Source: Chrysomallon squamiferum (Eukaryota > Animalia > Mollusca). Taken from it: a stretch of DNA of 64,000 bases. Below, piece after piece: positions 27,661-40,131 of this stretch. The notes beneath the pieces are model-generated. The model did not search any database, was not told where the DNA came from, and was given only the letters and a program-made list of their open reading frames with translations. Position 1 is the first letter of the stretch. Each line of letters begins with the position of its first letter. The translations under genes were made by a program, and so were the position numbers. The DNA lies in assembly GCA_012295275.1 (NCBI GenBank), contig CM022679.1, forward strand, positions 15,624,001 through 15,688,000, read 5' to 3'.

Positions 27661-28259
27661 TAAAGTAATATTTATATCCGTGATAGGCATAGGTTTTTCC
27701 ACAATGTAGCATTGCATGTAGATTTATTTATTTATATATTAGTTTATACATGATATTTCACATACACAAGTTTAAAATGGATTAGGTTTCTAATAATATC
27801 AGATTCCCTTCCGGTAATACCAGCCAAATACCTGCTAATACTTTAGAATATTTTTCTCTTTTTCTTTAATGACAAATGTTTCTGAGAAAGATATCTTTAT
27901 TAATGTCACCGAACGAATATTTTCATATTTTCATATCCAGCTAGCTGCAGTTATTAAATTAGAAAACTAGATTTGCAGAAAACACCAGCCACTTTTTCAT
28001 TGTGTTGTCCAGTTTTGACGTCTCTTTTTTCCCCACTTTAGTTTATTTATTAGTTCTTTAACGAAAACACAAGCACTATATATTAATACAGTATATGAAT
28101 ATAACACATCAGTCAAAGGAATTAATATATTTTAAAGAAGATTACCAAATGTTCTGTTATTAACGATTCACACCTATCAAAGATATGTTTTCTGAATATA
28201 AGACTAAAGAAGAAACATTCTGACGCCATTCCATAGGCTATTCGTATGATAAGACTTAA

Positions 28260-28322
28260 CAATCGGCAGAAAGGTATATGTTATCTAGACCTTCTCATAG
28301 ACAGGAATGCAGATACAACGTT
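28260..28322 (-). mobile_element. Decayed SINE central domain (Meta/MESC-like)
   Basis: The reverse complement TTCCTGTCTATGAGAAGGTCTAGATAACATATACCTTTCTGCC aligns to 59049-59090 and to the recalled consensus TCCTGTCTGTGGGATGGTGCATATAAAAGATCCCTTGCTGC. Confidence 0.55.
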
Positions 28323-28949
28323 TCCCTCTGCACACGTTAAACAATCAGTTCTCTGTAGTACAGGACATAAATAATATATGCAGTTTGAGTATGCAGAGTC
28401 TGGGCTTTAAACTAGAGCGAGCTTTTGTATACTGGTTTTGTATGATACGACATTCCTCTGAGGCAGGAAGTATTAAACTGTAACTAAATTACATTCGTTT
28501 TAGCATGGGCTGCCAGCTTACAAATTCAGGGTACAACAAAGACGTTAAGGTTGGTGAAAAATCTGGTATTTTCACGGTGAGTTATCACACAGGCTCGAAG
28601 CCACGTACATACATGGTATTTCACAGGTTGGAGATAGTCGTAATAGTCGGATCCCATTCGGTGACAAAAACAAATTATAAAGGCGCCCGCATGCCTCGCT
28701 AATTCGAAATCATTATGTCTCACAGAAGTGTGAAGTATGACATACTGACTTCGATATTCGCCAAAAGAAAATAAAAAGAAAGGAAAAGAAGAAGAAGAAG
28801 AAGAAGCCTGCTATAAAACAGGTTACTATTATTACAAGAACTTGCCATACGCTATTCAAATGAGCTTTACCTATGTTACGTGATTCATTTTGATATTCTG
28901 TTTCTCTGAAATTATTCTAACGTTTAACCTTTTGTTTTCACATCCATGA

Positions 28950-29390
28950 TGCTTATCAGACATTGCAGGCTCTGGTAGCCTTTTACCAAGTTGCCAATAA
29001 AGTTCTTTTTAAAAATACTGCTTTCAGTTACCTTTCTGTTGATTATGATACTGATGGCGTTAGTTTGGATTTAAGTCCGATTATGAAAGCAAAAAATTGC
29101 GAGTGCATGCACCTCTCTGGAACCGTATTATCAATTTTAAAAACATTCCACATTTTCTGCTTATGTTCATTAATACTATGAATTACTTTTCGGTTTGTTG
29201 AATTCACATCGATTTCTCATTACGTTTTCAAATTGTCTTTTTACCCTTACGAAAGGAGGTAATTCAAGATTCTGGTCTATTTTCTTTATCGATCAATCGG
29301 CTTTCAACAGAAAGACTGGGGAAGTCAAGACATTACTGATAAAGCAAGTACTGGGTGTACATTTGAATGAAATCAAACAGATGGATGTAA
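28950..29390 (-). mobile_element. Decayed LINE RT fragment (N-terminal RT domains)
   Basis: Ordered minus-strand remnants: NVLTSPVF (29334-29311), ITSFRKGKK (29263-29237), K*FIVLMN (29188-29165) and YGSREVHALAIFCFH (from 29127). These resemble NxILxSGxFP, IxPxFKKG, KLFxxILN and QYGFR..AIFxLH. Confidence 0.4.
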
Positions 29391-30215
29391 GAATGTAAAT
29401 AGTTCAACACTGTTATAACGTAATAAGTGATTTCAGAAAACACGTATGTTACTAAGTGGCTGACGCATGAGTGAAACGGAGGAACTTAAACGTAATATTT
29501 ACTGGCATTCTTAACCCGATGTGACAATGATGTATTATGTAATGATTAATTAGTTACTAAAAGTTACATTTTCTCCAGCAGTGGATTAAATAGGACAATA
29601 AATTCGTCATTTGGATTTGGGGAAATTATTATCAGGATCCTACAGCGCTTGTTAATTATTTTTCAGTGAAATAACATTTCCTTGTACATTCTCTTATATA
29701 AACATTATATAACCATTATGCTGAGGGTTTTGATTTTTCTTTTTAAAAATAGATTTACAAGCAGTTGAATGGTACAGTAATGAATGATAACAAACATCTA
29801 AAATAAACGAATTAAAAATATACATTTATAAAATGGTAATAATGCCTAATTAACAAGGTATTAATCAGTAATCTTGCCCAAATTTGGTGACGTATTGGCC
29901 AAGCTTGGAAAATAATGGCCATGTGCAATATATTATGAATGATATATAAATAGGTTAAAAACAATTTAAATATTATTTTCTGAAGAAACGGCAGATACAC
30001 AAGTAAATAAACAACAACAGAACCTATTGTGCTGTTATAAAAGATATATAAATCCAGTTTTGTTTTATAACTGTCCTGCTTCATTTCTTCATTCTTTACT
30101 TTTGCCAATAAAATAAAGTGTTAATGTCACAGTGGTCTAAGTCCAAAGCGACCCAGATGGAAAATTCGCGTATTAATTTTTTTCGCTGCTTCACTTTTTG
30201 TTATCTTCTTTGCAG

Positions 30216-30293
30216 GTTGTTATGACTTGAAACAGTTTGTACATTGCATAAATGGTCTAACTAATGAGGCTAAATAAAACAGTTGTCAATCTG
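30216..30293 (+). other. Candidate non-coding (5'UTR or lncRNA) exon, 78 nt
   Basis: Strong acceptor CTTTTTGTTATCTTCTTTGCAG| and donor CTG|GTAAGT. All three frames contain stops. Confidence 0.5.
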
Positions 30294-33200
30294 GTAAGTC
30301 ATTTCAGTCCCAGTGTTCAGTTTATTTCTAAAAAAAAAACATAACAACAAATCTTCTCATTTCGATATCAGAATCATGCCAGATTTGTGAAGGTGAAAAA
30401 CAGAAGAAGAAATTGCCAGAAATTATTATTCATATGGATTGTACCAGACTTCAGATCTCCGTTTATTTCAAACAATGTTCATTCAGTTAATGCGCTTACT
30501 ACTTACTTAATGAAAGTTCTTAACAGCATTTTAGTAACATTATTCTATGCTCTTCGGTTTACTGATTTTTAAATGTGTTCATTCCCTGATAATAAAATTC
30601 AGTGATCTCTGAAAGCTTTGTACAGCCATTTAACTTACTTATATGATGGAAGAAACAAACACGTCTGTTACCGCTAGTAAATGTATTAAACGTAACACAC
30701 AGGAAACTAAAAGTTAAATGATCTGGTATGACGAGTTTAGATGTAGGAAATTACAATAATTATTATATTAACTTTAATGTGAAATGTGTCTACGTATGTC
30801 TGTGTGTGTGTGTGTTTGCATGTATGTATGTATGTACATATGTATGTTTGTATGTTTGTATTTATGCATGTGTGTTTACCTGCACGTCGGCATATGTGCA
30901 TGTGACAGGTATCTCTCTCTCTCGACATATACATACACACACGCACAACACACACCCTCTCTCACATACACACACACACACATGTATACATACATAAACA
31001 CATACGTAAATATATACATACGTACACGTTTACAAACACACGAACAACGTCTTTCACACATGAAGTAATAAAATTTAATCTTCTTTACAAATTCGTCTAT
31101 TAATATCTACTTGATTATTAACGGTTAATTGGGTGTTTAATTTATAGTAAAATGAAGTTTAAAAATAAACAAAATGTAACTTACAAAAAAATGTAAAAAC
31201 GTGTTCAAACACGTGTGTATAAAAGTTTCAAGTTACTTGAAAAGCGAAACCGAAAGCCATGTTATTGGAAAACAAAATAATAAACTGACAATAGTAGCAG
31301 TAACTTAAAATTAATTCTTAAGGCATACCATGCATTAGAAAATAATATATGGGTTTTAATTCATTGTTAGGTGTATTTTAAAACAGAGAATATTCTAAGA
31401 GCTGTTGCAGCTAGGAGGTAAAGAAAAAGAAAAAATTTGACTGAGAAAATGACCCCAATTGTTTTCAACGTTACTTGATTCAAAATGAACAAATTTATTA
31501 CCGGTTATCTCCCCACATGCGGTGTTTTTCAAACTAATGTGCATTATAAAGCCTGATGTGTTCTGACATTTTCGAGTTAAATATATAACGTGTGGGACAC
31601 AGGCAGATTTGTTATACAAAAGGGTGTGGTCTCTTCAGAGAAGGGTTGAGTTAAATTGTACTGGACATTTCATGCATAATTATGTTAATTAGTTCGAATT
31701 CTCTTTAACATGAATATTTCATTACCTTTAGTGCATGTAACGCCATTATCCCTTGTTTGCTAATAAAAATAACAACTTATTAACAGATCCATTATTTCGG
31801 AACAAATTCAATTTTCGTTCACCCATTAAACTAAGCTGTGATCAAAACCTTATTACCTCCCTTTATCTCATTAGCATAAAGCCTTATTATTTTGAAAACA
31901 TCCACACAAAACTTAAACTAATCAGTGCTCCAAAGAAAGACGATGATTAATTTCGTTTTTAGGTATCGAATATTTACAATGAACAAATTTCAGAATTATA
32001 TTTAATATTATAAAATAATTAAAATTTCAGTTAACAAATAGATTACTTTCTGTATTTCAGACCACCCTTTCACAAATATATACAACAGTTTGTAATAATA
32101 GGAAATAAATAAGTAAGTAAATAAGTAAAAAAAAAAAGAAAGAAATAAAGAAAGAAATAAAGAAAGAAAGAAAAAAGAAAAAAAGAACAACTTATTAACT
32201 TTAATTTGTATTAAAATATGTTTACTGATTTTCGTTTGTGTTACTAATTATGCTTTCTAGTAGTATAGTGATGACAACAACAACAACAAAAGTAATAATA
32301 ATAATAATAGTAATATAAATGATGATGATAATAAATATAGTAATAGTAGCTTTTATTATTTTGAAAACATCCACAGTAGAAAATAATAAACTTCAAAACT
32401 TAATAAATTATGTAGTTAACTAGACAAATGAGTCAGAAATTTTAATGCAATCACAATATAGTTAGATATACCTGTATTAACTTTTGTTACTAAACACTGA
32501 CCGCAATTACATAATTTTAATTTATTCGTTCATTATGTTCATTAATATATATATTTTGTTTTTCAGTTTGTTTCAGTTTTATCTTTTTCAATATTTTTTT
32601 TCATATGTATACAATATGCAAGATTTTAACCATCTAACTAGTTTAGTTCCTAGATTTGTTAATCTATATATTTTACTTTTGTCAATATAGTTTATTGCAA
32701 TAACTGTATAAATAATATTTAAATAAGTATATGTATCCATTAATTTACAAAATAAAACTGTGTTTTTCTGTTTTGTTAATGTAATTTTGAAGTCATCCAC
32801 AATATGGAACGATAAAATATATATCTGTTTATTTATCTATATTTTTAGCTTTTAAATAATAATAATAACAATAAGCCGAATAAACAAATAATAATTAAAA
32901 AAATTATCAGACAAATACTTTTCAGTTCAGTTACTTCAAAATGTTCACACGGCGACAAATACCACCCTTCTAGAGCCTCCCCAGATATACCTCGCTTCTC
33001 GAATTACAACTGGTCCGGGCAAAGTACTGCCTCGCTGTTTAAACTTTTATATGTTAGCGGAACAAACCTAGGAAAACACGTATACAGAGAAACAACCATG
33101 GGGCTTTTTCTATTGTCTGTTTCAGCAGAGGACAAACCCAGTGGACTCTTCCCAGGAGGATCTAATGGCCGTGTATCAACAAGTATCATGTAAAATGTTA

Positions 33201-33377
33201 TTATTATACTGTTAGTTTTATTTATTTATTTATTTATTTATTATTTGAATGATAATTTTTTAAGAAATTAAAGAGAAAAACAAGATAACTGTTGTTTTGT
33301 TGTTGTTGTTGTTGCTATTGTTGTTATTATCATTATTATTTATTTATTTATAAATTATATTATTAATATTATTATTA

Positions 33378-33447
<70 letters not shown>

Positions 33448-33897
33448 AATTTACATAAATTTTAAATATTTGTAATAATTTTTCCAGAAATTATTTTTCC
33501 ATTGTTAATGCTTACAAGAATAAAATAATTATATCAATAAAGACAACAGTAGAACGAAAAATAAATAAATAAATAAATAAATAAATAGAAATATATAAAG
33601 AAGTAAACCATTAATGAATAAAAGGGTTTAAATGTAATAAGTTAAAAAATAACAAAAGAAAATAATATTATCGAATAAATGTGTCTCTCATAAGAAAAAC
33701 GTTTTATATTTGCTGTTTAATACATTTTTCTTATCAATATGAAACTACTGTTTGAGAATCTTTCTGTTCATATCCATATACATGTATTCTGATCATTTTG
33801 GCATGTAACATGAGGGGAAAAGTTAAGATGCAAATTTATTTTAGTTTGTAAATGATGACAATTCAATAATTTATTAATGGATTAATGTATAAAAATG

Positions 33898-33962
<65 letters not shown>

Positions 33963-33969
33963 CTAGTTC

Positions 33970-34011
33970 TTTAACATTTTCATTTTCTTTTTTTTCCCCT
34001 GACAGGTATGT
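33970..34011 (+). other. Candidate recursive splice site (zero-length exon)
   Basis: Branch-like TTTAAC (33970), a pyrimidine tract of about 24 nt, then GACAG|GTATGT with the acceptor AG (34004-34005) abutting the donor GT (34006-34007). Confidence 0.4.
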
Positions 34012-34224
34012 GCAATAAAAATAAACGAATAATTAAAGGTGTTCGCAATAATATTAATTTTCATATCAAATTATCTTCAGTCAACAGCAGGGCAATTAAG
34101 TAGATGTAACACATTTAAGGTTATTTATTGTTTTCTAGTCGTTTTCGTTCAATACGAGGTGTAATTAGTATAAATTGTACTCGATGTCTGCTCTAACCTC
34201 GATGTGAAATCAGCTTCACACCTG

Positions 34225-34272
34225 GACCAATCGATAGACGGCATGTTTTCAGTCGAGTTTTCCGATTGGCTG
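34225..34272. promoter_or_regulatory. Opposed CCAAT boxes
   Basis: GACCAATC (CCAAT at 34227) and GATTGGCTG (ATTGG at 34265). Motif match only. Confidence 0.3.
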
Positions 34273-36155
34273 AATTCGAAATGTCTAATGTTATTAATCA
34301 CTAATATCAATTCTATGCAGTTTTTTTATATTCTGTTTTTTTTTAATTTTGTTTTAATTTTTATTTTTAAAATTAATTATAAGCTTAAAGCGCGCGTGTG
34401 TGAATACATTTTTTTAAAAATAATATTACTTCGTTTTAATTTCATTTCATTAATATTTAGACTTCTGTAAGCGCGTGCCGTCCATCTTCGTGATGTCTGT
34501 TAATACCGTTTTGTTAACATTTAATTTATAGCTTTAAAAACTTGTACATTATCGTTTAATCTGTAACACAAACAAATAAATATACTAGCTTGTCTGTTTC
34601 ATGCTTTCACAATACACACTTTGAGTTTTAATTCGACCGGTCTGAACAGTTTTTCCTTTTAATTCTAAATCCACGTTTAAGAAAGAAATATTGTTGCTAT
34701 AATGCGGGTTATTTCTTCAGAACTGAACAGAAGTAATCCTTCTTTTGAAAAGTATTGGGACAAGTCTTAGAAAACTGTAGAATCAGTTATAAAATATTTT
34801 GATATTGTAACGCTATTTATTTATTTGCTAGCATGAATATGATTACAGAGAATAGTAAAGGTATATGGAAAACAAATATCTTACAAATACCACTGAATAT
34901 TCGTAATTTATAGTATGAGTGTTTAGTATAGTATAATAACATTGTGTATATGTGTTCTACGTATGTGTATATGTGTGTATGTATATATGTGTTTATATGT
35001 ATGTATATATGTGTATTTGTCTAAGTGTATGTATTTGCATTTATGTTTATATTAAAACACAATTATGTTTATTACTTTGTAATTTAATATGCGTAAAACA
35101 CTCATGTATTGATGGTGTACATCTTTAGAAAGATGTTTGTGTACAGATATTTATCTGTTAAAACATGCAATTGTATATACATGCACAATCATAACAGAGA
35201 AAATTAAAATTGATAAACTAAAGTAAACACAGCGTATATCTGCGGTTTTGAATGAGCTGGCGTTCTTGTTTGTACAGGCAGTTTTCAGTGGCTGTTACAG
35301 AAGCATGGCTTCAGTATGTAATCATTTAGAAAGGTCAACATCACTGGTGATAGTGGTTCAAATGGTTCGTTTGTGCTATAAATGACGACAGACGGAACGC
35401 TGCTTGGATCTTGACAATAGTCGATCTCTTTAGTTTCGTATATATATGTTGTATACGTATATTTCTTACAACCTCCTGCTAGCGTCACCCCTTTCAGTCA
35501 CTAACAAAAGAACTGAGTTTGCGTGAACAATCTCGTGTGAAATAAATTAGCCGCGTTTTAGGGCTAAACTCTCCAAGCGAAACTTTTTTTTTTTTTTTTT
35601 TTCTCAGAAAAGAAACGGACATATTGTAGAGCGAGGACAGAGAAGTTGGTGTTATGAAAGAATGAATACGGCAAAATGTGTTATTATAGTTCGTGTACAG
35701 GATGTACTATAAATTACGAAAATGAAAGTTTGTTTTTCAATATGGGTTGTACAAATACGAATACAGGAGTTTGTGTGGTTTAGTGTTATAAATGTAGGAA
35801 TACGGGAATTTGTGTGTTATAAAATTCGTATATAAATGTGTATGTTTTAGTATGGGTATAAAAGTTTGAATGTAGCAATTTGTGCTTCAGTGTGTGTGTG
35901 TGTGTGTGTATATATATTTATTTATTTATTTTTGCAATATGTTATTAAACTTCGAGTGTATGATTTTGTGTTTTTTTATGTTCACTGAAAATACGAGTGT
36001 ATAATTTTGTATTGTAGTATGTTTTATAGTAATCCGAGTTTAGGGGTGAATTTTCACTGTATGTTACAAAATATAATAATATTAAATAAATCATTTTTAA
36101 AAATATGTAAGAAAAAGGAAACAAAACAAAATAATAATAAAAGTAAACATAATAA

Positions 36156-36198
<43 letters not shown>

Positions 36199-38974
36199 AT
36201 TTAAAAATTAAAAAGGAGAAATAGAACGTAACTAATGGAAATGCGGCTGTATTTTCAAAACAAAAAAAAAAGAGCAAAAAAACAACTACAACCAAAAAAG
36301 AAACTTTCACTACGAACACCCGAACCCGGCATGCAGCAGAAAGTCAATTACAAAGCACTTCAGTCTTTTCAATTTGTTCGCACGCGCATCTAAATGCATT
36401 TTTTTTCACTCTTAACAAGATATTTTCAATGTATATTTACATATTTGATCTGAAATATATTGGACAAAAAGAATTTTTTTTCCCTTCAAACATGCTTGAA
36501 ATGAAATATACATTTCGATTTTGTCAACCGTTACGGTAAAAGACTGCACACGTGGCCCACTTGCTTGAAACTGACAATGTAATATGTTTACCTAGCTTGG
36601 TTTGTTAGGTTCACACGTGATTTGCTCACATGACAGCAGGTTTTGAACGCACGGCATTGCAAACACAGGATGAATACACTTTAGAAATATTTATAAAAAA
36701 ATAAAAAATAATAAAAAAAATAACGTTATTTCGACTTCTTGATTTCTGTCAAACAAAAAGTCTTGGAAAATCTGTGAAATACAAACCATGTTATCAGACA
36801 GACGTTAGCTCAAGTGCAAAATGAAATCGACTACGGCTGGTTTGACACCTTGAAATAGCACACGCTGCCGTATAGGTTAAAACACTGGAATTCTCTGGCG
36901 CTAATCAGAAGACAAATAAAATGGTGAAAATGAAGAGATATTTTCAGTTAAAAGGAAATTTTATCAGACACGTATGGTTTCATAGAGCTAATTTCATTTT
37001 CTTTATCTCTTTTTATCTTTTTGTGTTACAGAAACCTGATTACGCCTATTCATTAATTATAAAATAAAGAGAGCAATATGATTTATTTGAAAACTAACGA
37101 GATGTTACCTGTAATGTAATCTGTATCCACTGTTAAAGTAAGATCAGGTTTTATGTTGGTTTGTTCAAATGTATACAGAAAAAACCCTCAGAATACGTCT
37201 GTAAATATGAGAGAGAGAAAGACAGTGTGAAAGGAGAAAAAGAAAGAAGAGAGAAACAGAGAGAAAGAGAAATAGATACATAGATAGATAGATAGATAGA
37301 CAGAGAGATAAATAGGTAGAGAGCGAGAGAGAGTGAAAGAGAGAAAATGAGAAAGTAAATGAGCGAGAGAAATAGAAAGGCAGAGAAAAAGAGAGAAAGA
37401 AGAGAGAATCAGAGAGAGAGAGAATGAAGGAAGAGAGATAGGTAGAAAGAGAGATAAAGAGAGACTGAGAGAGAAAAAGAAAGAAAGCGAGGCGATGAAC
37501 GGACAAAAATGTATTTTACAAGAGAAACTTCAGAATATTTCAAGATTCCCCACACAGAACAAACTCAAGTAGGTTTTAAGCGCAAGCAAGTTAAGAAACA
37601 CATCGATAAAGAGCAGTGTCTAAGCATCTGAGTAATCGAATTAACAAACGAAGCATTATAATACAATGTTTGTCACATTTGCACTAATTCCACAAAGCGA
37701 CTTGGTAAAAAGAGAAAAATCTTCTTTACGCTTACTAAATTACAAATCGTCTTACATTCCCTGATACACACAGATCTCTCTGATAGTCAGTATGAAGTAA
37801 AACTGGAAAGGATATTGAGTAATAAACAGATGATTAATGCCACACAGCAGATTACACTAGCTAATTAAAATGTAATGTTAAAGTTGAGGTGATAAGAGTG
37901 ACTGTGAGGATATCACCCACATCAGTAGACAGACACACACACGAACTGACAAATGAGAAAATAGATGGGTCCACTGGGAGGTTGTAAGATATACACTTAC
38001 ATACATGCAAACCACATATTCACTTACAGAGAGCATACAAGCACACTTTCATGACGGGATGAAAGACATATTCAGAAACACAAAGAACATATACACAGGA
38101 TCCCTAGCAAAAACATATATCAAATGTAATATGGCACACAAAGACAGAAACATACGCATAGACATATTGTGTACATTAAACCTATATCTAGAAAATTTGT
38201 TTTTCAGTGACATTAACTTTATGTTTTAATCCTGGATTAACTAAGTGTTACTCTCAGTCAGATTTATGTTTATATATGAAAACACTTGTATATAAATCGA
38301 ATTCTTGGTTAATCCATATTAGAGACTATTATCCATCTCACTGATTATTCCTATTATGATTTTTTTATTTTAATAAATCAAACAGCTGAAAAAGATTTAA
38401 ATAAAAGCAAACTTTAAATCCTAATAATTTTTAAATCCCCCCCCCCCGATCGTAAACGTACCAAACCCAATAAAAAAAGAAATAAAGAAAAAGAACACTT
38501 TTTGAAAGTGACATAATAGAATGCATGTTGTAAACAGTTTAAACGAAGCCGATTTGACTTTTAATACAAGTTGTATACAAAGACAAACAAAAGAACTCAA
38601 CAATCGTTTTACAAAGAGGCATTTGAGAAATGACGCCTCGCTTCTGCCGGTTAATTACCCAAGTTTGATAATGAACATCTAAGTGTTATTGGTGTTTTAG
38701 AAATGAATTAAAAGGTGTTAAAAGCTTTGATCTTTTCATTCCTACGTTAAGCCTACCGGTACAATATGTCAATTTTCTAAATACGCTGATACAAATGCGG
38801 AGATTTTCGAATTTTTCGCTCAGCTGATTTGTTGCGTGCTTCGACCATTAAATTTTCAAAAGTAACTTTTCTCCTGGCAAAGCTTGCAAAGTAAAATCAA
38901 CAAGAAAGGGATTAGAGCCTTGTAAACGCATGTTCGCGTATTTAAGCAAATAAATCCCTATAATACCCTAAACT

Positions 38975-39040
38975 GTCTCGGTGGCGAAATGGTTAAGCTG
39001 TTGGATTAAGACTGGTAGATGCAATGATCGAACCTTGGTA
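38975..39040 (+). mobile_element. tRNA-derived SINE head (Pol III A and B boxes), degenerate
   Basis: A-box TGGCGAAATGG (38982-38992) and B-box-like GATCGAACC (39026-39034) at tRNA-like spacing, with no intact cloverleaf. Confidence 0.55.
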
Positions 39041-39864
39041 TTGGATACTGAATGAGAATTTGTACTGTTTCAGTCTCCCTAACGTGAGATTAATATGTTT
39101 AGTGATCTTCACAGTTCAGTATTATCTCATCACACTCGTCTTACTGTAAATAACTTAGATTATCTTAACATATAGGAATTAAACCAGCACGTCTAAGTAC
39201 ATTTAAAAGCACTATACATTAGACATGACTACATCAAATACAACAACTGAACGGCTCTGACATTCTGATCTGTTAGATTCGAGTCCTTTTTTCCCTTTAA
39301 AATTCTATCCATCCCGAATCTTCTCTAGTTACACTTAGTAACCACATATAAAATGAACTGTTGTTTAATCTGCGAACTATACTCTGATACAGCAGTGTGA
39401 AATTTGAACAAGATAGTCAACTCTGTATGTTCTGATATTTGAGTTACGTCAAGCCTGTAGACTTTCTTGTAGAACTGACGTAACGAAGAACAGCGGAGAG
39501 TGTAGTGACATTCGCTAAACGATGGCATACATACTCCCGCCAAAGTAAACGAAAGACACACGATCAGGGCAAAGAAAATAAACAGACTTGAGATTCTTAC
39601 AAGTATATTGTTGGTTTTGTAATAGAATTAAGGGCATGTAACTGATCGCAATGCTTAACGGCAGATGTTGGTTTCTTCAGCGTTTTATCACCATCTGAGA
39701 CGTTGTATCACAGCAGCGTCTCTCAGTCTCTTAATTAAGTTACTGTACTGACACAGTCTGGTTTCTGGTATGTCCAGGAAATCGTACTTTGATGCATACA
39801 TTCATATACGCACAGAAACATAATTAGATACAAGGTAGATCCATGTATCCATCCATCCAGTCAA

Positions 39865-39867
39865 ACA

Positions 39868-39925
<58 letters not shown>

Positions 39926-40131
39926 CATACATTCATACATACATACATACATACATATATACATACATACATACATACATACATACATACATACATACAT
40001 ACATACATACATACATACATACATACGTACATACGTACATACATACATACATACATACATACATACATACATACATACATACATACATACATACATACAT
40101 ACATACATACATACATACATACATACATACA
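39865..40131. repeat. Long (TACA)n/(TA)n microsatellite
   Basis: Read directly; it is the source of the MYVC/YIHT ORFs in the track. Confidence 0.97.

Noticed and set aside
36610-36630. miR-87-like GTGAGCAAATCACGTGTG on the minus strand; also partial bantam-like (about 25578) and miR-279-like (about 58400) matches
   Set aside because: They are partial matches only, need gaps, and lack a pre-miRNA hairpin with the mature sequence on one arm.
38975-39292. Possible tRNA genes (A/B boxes at 38982-39034; GATTCGAGTCC-TTTTTT at about 39276)
   Set aside because: Acceptor and anticodon stems cannot be formed, so I treated these as SINE-derived remnants.
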